Made by a program: the position numbers and the translations under genes. A stretch of DNA of 64,000 nucleotides from Chitinophaga pinensis (GTDB lineage Bacteria > Pseudomonadota > Gammaproteobacteria > Burkholderiales > SG8-41), in contig CALQCM020000004.1 in NCBI GenBank assembly GCA_943329075.2, positions 51,123 through 115,122 of the forward strand, read 5' to 3'. Of this stretch, positions 34,362 to 44,239 are shown piece by piece. Every line of letters begins with the position of its first letter. Within the stretch, counting starts at the first letter, position 1. The notes under the pieces are model-generated. The model was not told the DNA's origin. It was given only the letters and a program-made list of their open reading frames with translations, and did no database searches.

Positions 34362-35993
34362 CTATTTCTGCGGATACCGTGCGTTAAACACCTGCGCAGC
34401 GCCTGCGCTGCCGCAGATATAGACGGCGTCGCCGGGCTGCAAAACAAAATCGGCGCTGAATTCGACCAATAGTTCGTCGCCGCGCTCGACGGCGACCACG
34501 CTGCAGCCGGTTTTTTCGCGCAGGTCGTTTTGTTGCGGCTGCAGGCCATCGAGTCCGCGCGTCGAGACCTTGATTACCTGCAGTTCATGATCGACCGCCA
34601 CGGCTTCCTTGCCGAGCAGGCGCAGCGCAAGCAATTGCCCCGACACCTGGCTGATCGACAGCGCAAAGTCAGCGCCGGCGCCGTAGAGGCGCTCGACGTT
34701 TTCCGCGCTGTTGACGCGCGCGATCACCGGCACGTCCGGCGCCATGTCCTTGATGATGACGGTGCTGAACAGCGTCGTCGCATCGGCGCGCAGCGCGAGG
34801 ATCACCGCCTGTGCGTTTTCGATGCCGGCCTGCTTGAGCACCTGTGTGTCGAGCACGTTGCCAACGAGATCGACGCCGGGGCGCGCTTCGCTGTCGATCA
34901 TGAAGGTCTGTTCGCCGCAGTCGTTGAGCAGTTGCGCCACTTTGCGCCCGACTTCGCCGCCGCCGGCGATCAGGAAGGGGCCGTCGCGCCGCAGGCGGCG
35001 TGCACCGGTGCACAGGTTCATGAAGTGGTGGATGCTCTTTTCACTGCCGACGAGTATTAAAATGCCGCCCGCTTCGAGCCGCATCTGCGGCGTCGGCGGC
35101 GAAATAAGTTTGCCGCCGGCCCACTGGCCGATGACGGTGACGCCGGCGTGCTGGCCGAGGCCGGCTTCAGTCAGCGTCTTGCCGGCGAGTTCGCTGTCGC
35201 GGGTAATGCGTGCTTCGGCGACTTGCAATTGGCGTCCGAGGTGCTGGATGCCGGAGACTGTCGGGCTGACTTTCTGGCTGGCGCGTGCCGCCAGCGCCGC
35301 GCCGAGCACATGGCGCGGCGTGTACGCACCGGTAGCGCCGGCCAGTATCATCGGCTGGCGGTGGTAGGGGTCTTCGACCAGCGCAAGGATTTCGCCGGCG
35401 TAGCCGGACTGGCGCGCGGCGAGTATGGTCGCCGCGTTGCGGTCGTCGCTGCCGTTGACGATCAGTGCGCGCGCCTGGGCCAGATTGGATTTCTCCAGCA
35501 CGCCTTCGTCGAGATTGCCGAAGATGACCTGATGCCCCTGCGCCAGCAGATGGCGCGCCTCGGTTTCGTCCTCGTCGATGATGACGGTCGGTATGCCGGC
35601 GTTGACCAGTTCTTCGATTAGCGTCGCCACCGTCGGACCATGATCGAAGATCACAATGTGATTTTTCACGTTGAGGGTTTCGTTCGGCAACTTGGTTTCG
35701 AAGCGCTCCTCCAGCATGGGGATCAGAAAGATCGGCAGCACCATGAAAATCAGGGTCACGCCCATGAACTGCGTGAAGACGACGAAGACCACCATCACGG
35801 GATGCTGCCAGGAGGTGTCGGCGCCATAGCCGGTGGTCGAGGTCGTGCCGGCCGCCCATTGCAGCGCCTGCCAGAAGGTGCGCGGTTTGCCTTCGAGATG
35901 CTCCATGCCCAGCATGTAGACAAACGACAGCGCGAGCAGAATCAGGATCAGCAGACCGGCCAGTGCGAAAAATCGTTTATGTGAGCGAAGCAT
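34362..35993 (-). CDS. 2-TM potassium channel with two RCK (TrkA-N/TrkA-C) domains
   Basis: 543 aa with selectivity filter TTGYGA and two Rossmann-like GxGxxG segments. Confidence 0.85.
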   Translation of the reverse strand: MLRSHKRFFALAGLLILILLALSFVYMLGMEHLEGKPRTFWQALQWAAGTTSTTGYGADTSWQHPVMVVFVVFTQFMGVTLIFMVLPIFLIPMLEERFETKLPNETLNVKNHIVIFDHGPTVATLIEELVNAGIPTVIIDEDETEARHLLAQGHQVIFGNLDEGVLEKSNLAQARALIVNGSDDRNAATILAARQSGYAGEILALVEDPYHRQPMILAGATGAYTPRHVLGAALAARASQKVSPTVSGIQHLGRQLQVAEARITRDSELAGKTLTEAGLGQHAGVTVIGQWAGGKLISPPTPQMRLEAGGILILVGSEKSIHHFMNLCTGARRLRRDGPFLIAGGGEVGRKVAQLLNDCGEQTFMIDSEARPGVDLVGNVLDTQVLKQAGIENAQAVILALRADATTLFSTVIIKDMAPDVPVIARVNSAENVERLYGAGADFALSISQVSGQLLALRLLGKEAVAVDHELQVIKVSTRGLDGLQPQQNDLREKTGCSVVAVERGDELLVEFSADFVLQPGDAVYICGSAGAAQVFNARYPQK

Positions 35994-36070
35994 AGGAGCT
36001 GGTGTTCCGGCATTGGCGCCGCGCCGCGCCTCAGAGAAGATTATGCCGTATCAATATACGGTGGAGTGGA

Positions 36071-37312
36071 CTAAATCTCCGGCCCGGCGTATTTGCCGGC
36101 CGTCTGCGGAAACATCGCCTTCACGATCTTGAATTTTGAAATATCCACCGTCGCGTCGCGGTGCAGGAAGAGCGACGCATCGCGCAGGTATTTCTCGATG
36201 CCGAAGTCGAGCATGATGCCGTTGCCGCCGTGCAGTTCGATGGCGTGCTGGCAGACCTTGAAGATTTCCTCCGAGGCGAACATTTTCACCATCACGCATA
36301 GCGACTCGGCGTCGTGGTCGCCGGCGTTCACCGCGCGTACCGCCTCGTTGAGCAGCGCGCGCACCGCGGCGATCTTCGTCGCCATGTCGGCCAGACGCAG
36401 CGCCACCGCCTGGTGCTTGATCAGGATGCGGCCGCCCTGCACGTAGTTCTGCACATAGTCGGCGGTTTTCTCGAAGGCGCCGACACCGACGCCGAGGTTT
36501 TTCGCGGCGACGATGATCTTGCCCGGGCGGAAGTAGATACCGGCGCGCGTCAGCGCGATGTCTTCAACGAGGCAATGGTCGAGCGGCACGGCGCAGTCCT
36601 CGAACACGATTTCGCCGTTGTTCATGTAACGGCCGCCGAGCGTTTCATTGCAACGCGCGACACTGAGGCCCGGCGTGTCGCGCGGCACGAGAAAGCTCGA
36701 AGTGCCCTTGGTCATGCCGGCCCCCGGCGTGGTCGTCGCGTAGACGACGTAGAGGCTGGCGTCGTAGCCGTTGGTGATGAACTGCTTGCGGCCGTTCAAC
36801 ACCCACTTGTCGCCCTTTTTCACGGCTTTGGTGTGCATCATCGCCTCGGGCACGTCGTAGGGCAGCCAGCGGTCGGAGGCGCCGCGCGGTTCGGTCAGCG
36901 CGTGCGCCAGCAGAAAGCCCGGGTCTTCGACGATGCGCGGAAACCATTTTTCCTGCAGGTGGCGCGGCGCGATGTTCTGCAGCAGCTTGGAGATCTTCCA
37001 GACCTGCACCAGTTTGTCGGCGAGCCCGGAGTCGCCGCGCGAGATTTCCTCAGCGACCATGGCGAAGGTCTGCACCTCGGATTGAGGATCGACCGGCGTG
37101 CCGCCGAATTCTTCGGGGATGCCGAGCGTGCGCACGCCGATTCTGTGCGCGCCTTCAAGGAGTTCAAGCGACGGCCGGTGCTCCGGCGTCATGTCCCATT
37201 CGAGCTTCCAGTTTTTGCGGATGAAGGGCGCGACTTCACGATCGACGAAGTGTCGTATGGTGTCGCGCATCATGCGTTGCTCTTCGCTGAGCACGCGTTC
37301 GCTCATATCCAT
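36071..37312 (-). CDS. acyl-CoA dehydrogenase family protein (paralog B)
   Basis: 413 aa, collinear with paralog A, and by eye roughly three-quarters or more identical. Confidence 0.85.
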   Translation of the reverse strand: MDMSERVLSEEQRMMRDTIRHFVDREVAPFIRKNWKLEWDMTPEHRPSLELLEGAHRIGVRTLGIPEEFGGTPVDPQSEVQTFAMVAEEISRGDSGLADKLVQVWKISKLLQNIAPRHLQEKWFPRIVEDPGFLLAHALTEPRGASDRWLPYDVPEAMMHTKAVKKGDKWVLNGRKQFITNGYDASLYVVYATTTPGAGMTKGTSSFLVPRDTPGLSVARCNETLGGRYMNNGEIVFEDCAVPLDHCLVEDIALTRAGIYFRPGKIIVAAKNLGVGVGAFEKTADYVQNYVQGGRILIKHQAVALRLADMATKIAAVRALLNEAVRAVNAGDHDAESLCVMVKMFASEEIFKVCQHAIELHGGNGIMLDFGIEKYLRDASLFLHRDATVDISKFKIVKAMFPQTAGKYAGPEI

Positions 37313-37460
37313 CGTGGTCTCCTCCGCTTATGGTTTTATCGGGCAACGATAGGAACAAGCGCAGGCGCTGTCAATCGCCGTCTTTGCGGACGCGGTTGAG
37401 GGGGAAAAGTGCCATAATTGCAATCATCCGGTAGATCCGTTTTAGAGTCGGGAGTCTGAA

Positions 37461-38438
37461 ATGCGTTTGATCAATTTTCCAGCGGCAGCGGTGTTGTCGC
37501 TGCTGTCGCTATCGGTGGCGCAGGCCGCCGATGCCGGACGCGATTATCCGAACCGTCCGGTGCGCATCATCACCGGTTCGCCCGGCAGCACCTCGGACAT
37601 CGTGCCGCGTTTTCTCGCCAGCAAGCTGACCGTCATCTGGGGCCAGCAAATCGTCGTCGACAACCGGCCCGGCGCCGGCGGCATCATCGGCACTGAAATC
37701 GGCGCCAAGTCGGCGCCCGATGGTTACACGCTGACCGTCGGCCACATCGGCACGCACGCGGCACCGCAGTTTCTGTTCAAGAAACTTAACTACGACCCGA
37801 TCAAGGATTTTCAGCCGATCACGCTGCTGTCGATCTCAGGCATCGCGCTGGCGGTGAACGCCTCGGTGCCGGCCAACAACCTGAAGGAATTCATTGCCTA
37901 CGCCAAGGGCAAGCCGGGCGGCATTAATTACGGTTCGGCCGGCGGCGGCACCAGCAGTCAGTTGTCGGGCGAGCTGTTCAACCAGATGACGGGTGCGAAG
38001 CTCACGCACATCCCGTACAAGGGCGCGGGTTTCGCGCTGCAGGCATTGATTGCCGGTGAAGTGCAGGCGGCGTTTCTGTCGACGACGACCGCCAGCGCGC
38101 AGGTGAAGACCGGGCGCATCAAGGCGCTCGCCGTGCTGAGTCCGCAGCGCTTCTCGGCGGCACCCGATGTGCCGAGCGCGCCGGAGTCGGGCCTGCCCGG
38201 CATCGAATCCAACGTCTGGTTCGGCCTCTTCGCGCCGGCCGGCACGCCGAAAGCGATCGTCGCCAAAATCAACCGCGATGTCGTCACCGCGCTGACCACG
38301 CCGGAAGCGCGCGAAGCGCTGCTGTCGCAGGGCGCCGAAGCGGCGCCGATGACGCCGGACGAATACGCCGTCTTCCTCAAAAAGGAAATCGACAAATGGG
38401 GCAAGGTCATCAAGGACGCGGGTATCCGGTCGGAATGA
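37461..38438 (+). CDS. Bug/TctC-family substrate-binding protein
   Basis: 325 aa with a signal peptide, then YPNRPVRIITGSPGSTSD, DNRPGAGG and PDGYTL. Confidence 0.9.
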   Translation: MRLINFPAAAVLSLLSLSVAQAADAGRDYPNRPVRIITGSPGSTSDIVPRFLASKLTVIWGQQIVVDNRPGAGGIIGTEIGAKSAPDGYTLTVGHIGTHAAPQFLFKKLNYDPIKDFQPITLLSISGIALAVNASVPANNLKEFIAYAKGKPGGINYGSAGGGTSSQLSGELFNQMTGAKLTHIPYKGAGFALQALIAGEVQAAFLSTTTASAQVKTGRIKALAVLSPQRFSAAPDVPSAPESGLPGIESNVWFGLFAPAGTPKAIVAKINRDVVTALTTPEAREALLSQGAEAAPMTPDEYAVFLKKEIDKWGKVIKDAGIRSE

Positions 38439-38896
38439 GCTGCAGTTCCAATCTGACGTTTGCAGCCGCGCTGGTCGCGGCGCTGTCTGCGGCGACGGCG
38501 CAGGCGCAGATTTACGAATGCACCGACGCGCGCGGCGCGCGCCAGTTTGCGCAGTTCTGTCCGGCGGGCACCGTCCGGCAGCGCGAGGTGGTGCGCGGTG
38601 ATGAAGTGCCGGCTGCGGCGCCGGATGTGAAATCATCGGCGCAGCAGGAGGTCGACTTCAAAAAGCGCATGCAGGAGCGGCAGGAAGCCGATGCGAAGGC
38701 TGCCGAAACGCGCGGCAAGACCGACGAGGCCGCGCGCAACTGCGGCATGGCGCGCACGCAATTGAAGGGTTTGCTTGAGGGGCAGCGCATGCAGCGCCTC
38801 GATCCCGACACCGGCGAGCGCATCAATCTCGGTGACACCGAACGCGCCGCCGATGCCGAGCGGCAACAGGCGCTGATCGAGCAGTGGTGCAAATAG
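38435..38896 (+). CDS. DUF4124 domain protein
   Basis: ATG 38435 overlaps the Bug stop (ATGA). It has a signal peptide, then QIYECTDARGARQFAQFCP, and a charged coiled C-terminal half. Confidence 0.7.
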   Translation: MSCSSNLTFAAALVAALSAATAQAQIYECTDARGARQFAQFCPAGTVRQREVVRGDEVPAAAPDVKSSAQQEVDFKKRMQERQEADAKAAETRGKTDEAARNCGMARTQLKGLLEGQRMQRLDPDTGERINLGDTERAADAERQQALIEQWCK

Positions 38897-38931
38897 CAGG
38901 ATCGAGGATTGAGCGAGCGGCGTGTCGCCGC

Positions 38932-40812
38932 CTAAATTTCCACCTGCGTGCCGAGTTCTATCACGCGGTTTGACGGAATGTGGAAATAATCGACGATGCT
39001 GCCGGCGTTGCGCGTCATCGTTGCAAACAGCCGTTCGCGCCATAAGGCCATGCCGCCGCCCGGCGTCGGAATCACCGTCTCGCGACTGACGAAGAACGAA
39101 GTCTCCAGGGTGTTGAACTCCATGCCGTACGGTTTGCACAGCTTAAGGGCCTTGGGCACGTCGGGCACGTTCATGAAGCCGAAATAGAGTTTGATGCGGA
39201 AACAGTTGTTGCCGAGTTTCTCGATGGCGATGCGCTCGTCATTGGGCACCCAGGGCACATCGCGATAAACCACCGTCAGAAAGATGATCCGCTCGTGGAT
39301 GACCTTGTTGTGGGCGAGATTGTGCAACAGCGCATGCGGCACCGATTCCGCATCGCCGACCAGAAAGATCGAGGTGCCGGCGACGCGCGGCGGCGCATCC
39401 TCGAACAGCGAGACGAGAAAGGGTTTCAGCGCAATCGAGGAGCTGCGCATGCGCTCGAAGAGAATTTCGCGCCCGCGCCGCCACGTCACCATCACTGCGA
39501 ATACCACCGCGCCCATCATCAGCGGGAACCAGCCGCCTTCAACGGTTTTGATAAGGTTGGCGGACAAAAAGGCCGCATCGACGGCGAGGAAGCAGGCGGT
39601 GGCGGCGATACACAGCGGCAGCTTGTACTGCCAGGCATAGCGGATCACGAAAAAGGTCAGAATGGTGTCGATCAGCATGGTGCCCGAAACCGCCAGGCCG
39701 TAGGCCGAGGCGAGGTTGGCGGACGAGCCGAAACCGATCACCGCGGCGAGAATGCAGATCAGGAGGCTCCAGTTGATGGCCGGAATGTAGATTTGACCGA
39801 TTTCCTTGGCCGAGGTCTGGATGATCTGCGTGCGCGGCAGGAAGCCCAGTTGCACCGCCTGTTTGGTGATCGAATAGGCGCCGGAGATCACCGCCTGCGA
39901 GGCGATCACGGTGGCGAGTGTGGCGAGTCCCACCATCGGATACAGCGCCCACTCGGGAAACATCAGGTAGAACGGATTGCTGACTGCTTCCGGGTTCGAG
40001 ATCAGCAGCGCGCCCTGGCCGAGGTAATTGAGCGCCAGCGCTGGAAACACCAGCGAGAACCAGCCGATGCGGATGGCGCGTTTGCCGAAGTGGCCCATAT
40101 CGGCGTAGAGCGCCTCGGCGCCGGTGACGGCCAGACAGACCGCGCCGAGCACCAGAAACGACGACCAGCCGTGCAAGGTCAGAAAATGATAGGCATGCCA
40201 CGGGTTGAAGGCGGCGAGAATTGCCGGCGTCTTGATGATCTGCAGCACGCCGGCCACGCCGAGCACGCAGAACCACAGCGCCATCACCGGCCCGAAAAAT
40301 GCGCCGACGGTGGAGGTGCCGGTGCGCTGGATGGCGAAGAGGCCGATCAGCACGATCACCGTGATCGGTACCACATAGGGTTTCAGGACCGGCGTCGCGA
40401 TTTCCAGGCCCTCGACCGCCGAGAGCACCGAGATCGCCGGCGTGATCACGCCGTCGCCGTAGAACAGCGCCGCACCGAACACGCCGATGATGCCGAGGCC
40501 AGTGCTCCAGCCCTTGCGCTCCTTGACCGAGGCGCTGGCCAGCGCCAGCAGCGCCATGATGCCGCCTTCGCCCTTGTTGTCGGCGCGCATGATCAGCATC
40601 ACATATTTCAGCGTGACCACAAACATCAGCGCCCACAGGATGGTCGAGACGCCGCCGATGACATTGAGCGCGGTGAATTCGATGCCGTGCGAGGGGTTGA
40701 AGACTTCTTTTGCCGCGTAGAGCGGGCTGGTGCCGATGTCGCCGTAGACGATGCCGAGTGCCGCCATGGTCAATGCGGCAATCGGTTGGCGCGCGGCGTC
40801 CGTCCGGGTCAT
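38932..40812 (-). CDS. kup: KUP/HAK/KT potassium uptake protein
   Basis: 626 aa: LGIVYGDIGTSPLY near the N-terminus, about 12 TM, and a cytoplasmic C-terminal domain. Confidence 0.95.
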   Translation of the reverse strand: MTRTDAARQPIAALTMAALGIVYGDIGTSPLYAAKEVFNPSHGIEFTALNVIGGVSTILWALMFVVTLKYVMLIMRADNKGEGGIMALLALASASVKERKGWSTGLGIIGVFGAALFYGDGVITPAISVLSAVEGLEIATPVLKPYVVPITVIVLIGLFAIQRTGTSTVGAFFGPVMALWFCVLGVAGVLQIIKTPAILAAFNPWHAYHFLTLHGWSSFLVLGAVCLAVTGAEALYADMGHFGKRAIRIGWFSLVFPALALNYLGQGALLISNPEAVSNPFYLMFPEWALYPMVGLATLATVIASQAVISGAYSITKQAVQLGFLPRTQIIQTSAKEIGQIYIPAINWSLLICILAAVIGFGSSANLASAYGLAVSGTMLIDTILTFFVIRYAWQYKLPLCIAATACFLAVDAAFLSANLIKTVEGGWFPLMMGAVVFAVMVTWRRGREILFERMRSSSIALKPFLVSLFEDAPPRVAGTSIFLVGDAESVPHALLHNLAHNKVIHERIIFLTVVYRDVPWVPNDERIAIEKLGNNCFRIKLYFGFMNVPDVPKALKLCKPYGMEFNTLETSFFVSRETVIPTPGGGMALWRERLFATMTRNAGSIVDYFHIPSNRVIELGTQVEI

Positions 40813-40931
40813 GGTTTGTATTTGGAGGTGTGTGGGTTATATCGCCGTCATGCCGTGAAGCGCAGCGTCAGGCATAGCCGCTAGTATATCCTTCGGCGTG
40901 TTTTTCGTCGTGCCGCCGTTCGGCAGGGTGG

Positions 40932-42143
40932 CTATTTGACGCTGTACTCGAGCGGCAGGCGGTGCAGGCATTCGGCGCCGGTTTTGGTGATACGGAACAG
41001 GTTGCCCAGTTGCACGCCGGCGGACTCGTCGGGCGTGACGACGTTCGGTTGCACCACTACACACATGTTTTCTTCCAGTGTGAACGGCGGCTTAGGAATG
41101 CCGCGTTTGGCTTCGCGCGTGCCGATCGACGGCGGCAGCAGGCCGATGCCGAAGCCGTGCAGAAAGCCGTCGTTGATGGTGAAGCCGCGCTCTGCGATGA
41201 TTTCCGCGGCGTCGAGGATGTCTTCGCTGGTGGCGCCGGGTTTGAGGATGTTGACGCAGCGTGTATACGCTTCGAGCGCGGTGTCCCACAAATTCTGATA
41301 CAGCGCGTTGGGTTTCGCGCCGAGAAAAATCGGCCGGTGCATCTGCCCCGAATAACCCCACCAGCTGATGCTGATCTCGGTGTTCACCACGTCGCCTCTG
41401 CCGATCACGCGATTGGACAGATTTTGCCGCGGCACGCAGGCACCGGCGCCGTCCTGCGGCGTGGAGGCCAGATAACACAGATGCGGCAGGCCGCCGGCGT
41501 TAAGCGCCGCGGTTTCGACGATGGCGCCCAGTTCGTATTCGCGCAGACCCGGTTTGATGTTGTCGATCAGCGCCTGCAGTGCGGCGTCGGTCAGCGCCGC
41601 ACCTTTTTTCAGCCAGTCGATTTCCTCGGCGCTTTTGACGAGACGCAGCGCGCGGAAGGCGGCGCTGACGTCCTTGAATTGCCAGCCCGGCAGTTCTTTC
41701 TGCCAGGTCAGGTAGTTTTGCACCGGCACGTTGCCGGCGTAGCCGAGTGTTGCATTCTTCAACCCGAGGTCGGTCAGATGTCTGGCGATGGTGACCGCCG
41801 AATCGAGCCGGCCCGACTCGGTGCTGATGGAAGCGGCTTCGCGCGCATTCGGTACATGGTTGTGCGATTGCACGAACAACACGGGTTCGCCTTTTGCCGG
41901 CAGCACCGCGTAATTGTTGCGGTTGCCGAGAAAGCCCGACAGATAATGCACGTCGGCATGGTTGTGGCGCGAGATGCCCGAGTCGCCAAACACGGCGATG
42001 ACATCAACGCCCTCGGCGGCCATCATGGCGCGCGCGGCGGCGTGGCGGCGCGCAAACTCGGCGTCGGAAAAACGCGGATATAGGGCTTCGCTCAATGCAG
42101 TCTCCCGGAACGATTTCGAATGAGGCCCGAGCGTAAGGCGCAT
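40932..42143 (-). CDS. M24-family metallopeptidase (Xaa-Pro peptidase/creatinase-like)
   Basis: 403 aa with a creatinase-type N-domain plus a pita-bread C-domain (HLCYLAST...GDVVNTEIS...HGFGIGL). Confidence 0.8.
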   Translation of the reverse strand: MRLTLGPHSKSFRETALSEALYPRFSDAEFARRHAAARAMMAAEGVDVIAVFGDSGISRHNHADVHYLSGFLGNRNNYAVLPAKGEPVLFVQSHNHVPNAREAASISTESGRLDSAVTIARHLTDLGLKNATLGYAGNVPVQNYLTWQKELPGWQFKDVSAAFRALRLVKSAEEIDWLKKGAALTDAALQALIDNIKPGLREYELGAIVETAALNAGGLPHLCYLASTPQDGAGACVPRQNLSNRVIGRGDVVNTEISISWWGYSGQMHRPIFLGAKPNALYQNLWDTALEAYTRCVNILKPGATSEDILDAAEIIAERGFTINDGFLHGFGIGLLPPSIGTREAKRGIPKPPFTLEENMCVVVQPNVVTPDESAGVQLGNLFRITKTGAECLHRLPLEYSVK

Positions 42144-42266
42144 GCGCGTGGGCGGTCAAGTCGGCATCACCGGGAAAAAGTAGCGCCGGTGGCCGCTGTT
42201 ATAATCGCTGCGCCCCGGCTGCCACGTTGCGGCGCGCGGCATTCCCCAGATCAGCGAAGAAAAACT

Positions 42267-43007
42267 ATGGACACCGGACTCAAAGGCAAGGTTGTATTGA
42301 TCACAGGCGCCAGCCGCAACATGGGCCGGCTCGCCGCCCTCGCGTTTGCAAAAGAAGGCGCCAATCTCGCGCTTTGCACCAGCGCGAAAATGAAGGAACT
42401 CAATGACGTTGCCGACGAGGCGCGCGCCTTCGGCGTCAAGGTCATGGCCGTACAGTGCGACGTCGCCGAGCCGGCGTCGGTGGCCGCGTTCGTTGCGAAA
42501 GTCGAGAAGGAGCTTGGCGCCGTGCACGTTGTGCTCAACAACGCGGTCTATCGCGGTGGCGAAGGCGCTTTTCTCGAAGATACCGACGAGGCGTGGGAGC
42601 GCAATTTCAGGGTCAATCTCGGCGGGCCGCGCAACATCTGCAAGGCGGTGATTCCACTGATGATCAAGCAGCGCTGGGGCCGCATCATCAATTTCTCCGG
42701 CATTTCGCCCTTCCTCGGCGGCAGCACCGGCAAGGGCATGGCCAAACTGGGTATCGTTGGCTTCACACGCGGGCTCGCGCGCGAATTCGCCGAACATGAA
42801 ATCACCGCGAATTGCATCGGCCCCGGCACCATTGAGGTTGAGCGCGATGCTTTTCAGAAACCGAAGGGCCTGCGCCCGCAGCAACCGATCCGCCGCATGG
42901 GCAAGCCGCAGGAAGTGGTGTCAATGATGCTGTATCTTGCGAGCGAGGACGCCGGCTTTATCACCGGCCAGTGTTATCTGGTCAACGGCGGCGTGTACTT
43001 TCATTAA
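42267..43007 (+). CDS. SDR-family oxidoreductase (FabG-like)
   Basis: Start at ATG 42267 (MDTGLKGKVVLITGASRNMG), giving 246 aa. The ORF-track 5' extension is rejected. Confidence 0.85.
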   Translation: MDTGLKGKVVLITGASRNMGRLAALAFAKEGANLALCTSAKMKELNDVADEARAFGVKVMAVQCDVAEPASVAAFVAKVEKELGAVHVVLNNAVYRGGEGAFLEDTDEAWERNFRVNLGGPRNICKAVIPLMIKQRWGRIINFSGISPFLGGSTGKGMAKLGIVGFTRGLAREFAEHEITANCIGPGTIEVERDAFQKPKGLRPQQPIRRMGKPQEVVSMMLYLASEDAGFITGQCYLVNGGVYFH

Positions 43008-43025
43008 CCGACTACGGAACAAATC

Positions 43026-44069
43026 ATGTCACAGACCCTGATGCTCACCGGCGACATCAATCTAATGAACGTCGCCGATCCGGCGGTGCCGTTCAAACTG
43101 GTGGCGCCGCTGTTCGCAAAATCCGATTTCGTTTTCAGCAATCTCGAATGCTGTTTCTACATTCCACCGGGCGGTCACTCGCTCGAGAACGAAGGTTTTT
43201 TCGCCGAAGCCGCAGCGGCCGAAGCGCTGAAGATTGCCGGCATCCAGGCGGTCGGCATTGCCAACAACGTCAATTACGGTGAAGCGGCCATCACGGCGTC
43301 GACCAAGCGCCTTGACGAGATCGGCGTGCCGCACACGGGTGCCGGCGCCAACCGCGAGGCGGCGCGCGCACCGGTGATTCTCGAAAAGAACGGCGTGAAG
43401 ATCGGCTTCCTGCAACGCACCTCGGTCTACTGGCCGACCAATCACGAGGCCACTGCACGTTCGGCCGGGGTTGCCGTCATCAAGGGGCACACGGCTTATC
43501 AACTGCCGTTGCACAAAACCCGCGTCGATATTCCGCCGTGCAACCGGCCGGGTCTGCCGCCGGTGATCCTGACCTGGGCCGACAAGGATTCATTAAAGGC
43601 GTTTACCGACGACGTCGCAGCACTCAAGGCGAAGTGCGACTACGTGGTGGCATCCTGTCATTGGGGCCTGCATCAGGACGTGCTCGATTACATGCCGCAG
43701 ATCGCGCACGCCGCGATCGATGCCGGCGCCGATGTGGTGATCGGCCACGGCCCGCATTACTCGCTGCCGGTCGAGGTTTACAAGGGCCGGCCGATTTACT
43801 ACGGCTTGGGCAGCTTCTCGTTTCACACCGGGCATTTCGGTGGCGTTGCGGTCGGCGACTGGGTCGGCCAGATGGCGCGCGTGACGCTTGATGACGGCAA
43901 GGTGACCGGCGCATCGTTCCAGTTCGTACGCCACAACGCGAAGAACGAAACCGTGCCGTGCAAAATCGCCGATGAAAAAGACACGCTCACCGATATTCAG
44001 AAGCGCAGCGAACCGTTTGGCGCGAAGTTGATGGCGCAGGGTGATGAGGTGGTGATCGCACTGAAGTGA
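43026..44069 (+). CDS. CapA (PGA_cap) family metallophosphatase-like protein
   Basis: 347 aa: LTGDINLM...FSNLEC...ANNV(N)Y...HWG, typical of the CapA family. Confidence 0.7.
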   Translation: MSQTLMLTGDINLMNVADPAVPFKLVAPLFAKSDFVFSNLECCFYIPPGGHSLENEGFFAEAAAAEALKIAGIQAVGIANNVNYGEAAITASTKRLDEIGVPHTGAGANREAARAPVILEKNGVKIGFLQRTSVYWPTNHEATARSAGVAVIKGHTAYQLPLHKTRVDIPPCNRPGLPPVILTWADKDSLKAFTDDVAALKAKCDYVVASCHWGLHQDVLDYMPQIAHAAIDAGADVVIGHGPHYSLPVEVYKGRPIYYGLGSFSFHTGHFGGVAVGDWVGQMARVTLDDGKVTGASFQFVRHNAKNETVPCKIADEKDTLTDIQKRSEPFGAKLMAQGDEVVIALK

Positions 44070-44076
44070 TTCTGAT

Positions 44077-44110
44077 TCCCGGAATACGCTGCGCTCCTTC
44101 CGGGCTACGG
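44077..44110. repeat. REP-like family B single arm
   Basis: cccggaatacgctgcgctccttccgggctacggg. Confidence 0.75.
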
Positions 44111-44146
44111 GATCAGTCGCAGGGTGCGCATCGCGCACCGCTGTTC

Positions 44147-44223
44147 GTAGGGTGGGTTAGGCGCGCAGCGCCGTAACCCGCCGTTCGCGCGCGGCGCAAT
44201 GCGCTTCGCTTATTGCGCCCGAC
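44147..44223. repeat. REP-like family C-related element
   Basis: gtagggtgggttaggcgcgcagcgccgtaaccc ... gcggcgcaatgcgcttcgcttattgcgccc. The right arm matches 24645-24682. Confidence 0.7.
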
Positions 44224-44239
44224 AAATACTGCGCTGTCA

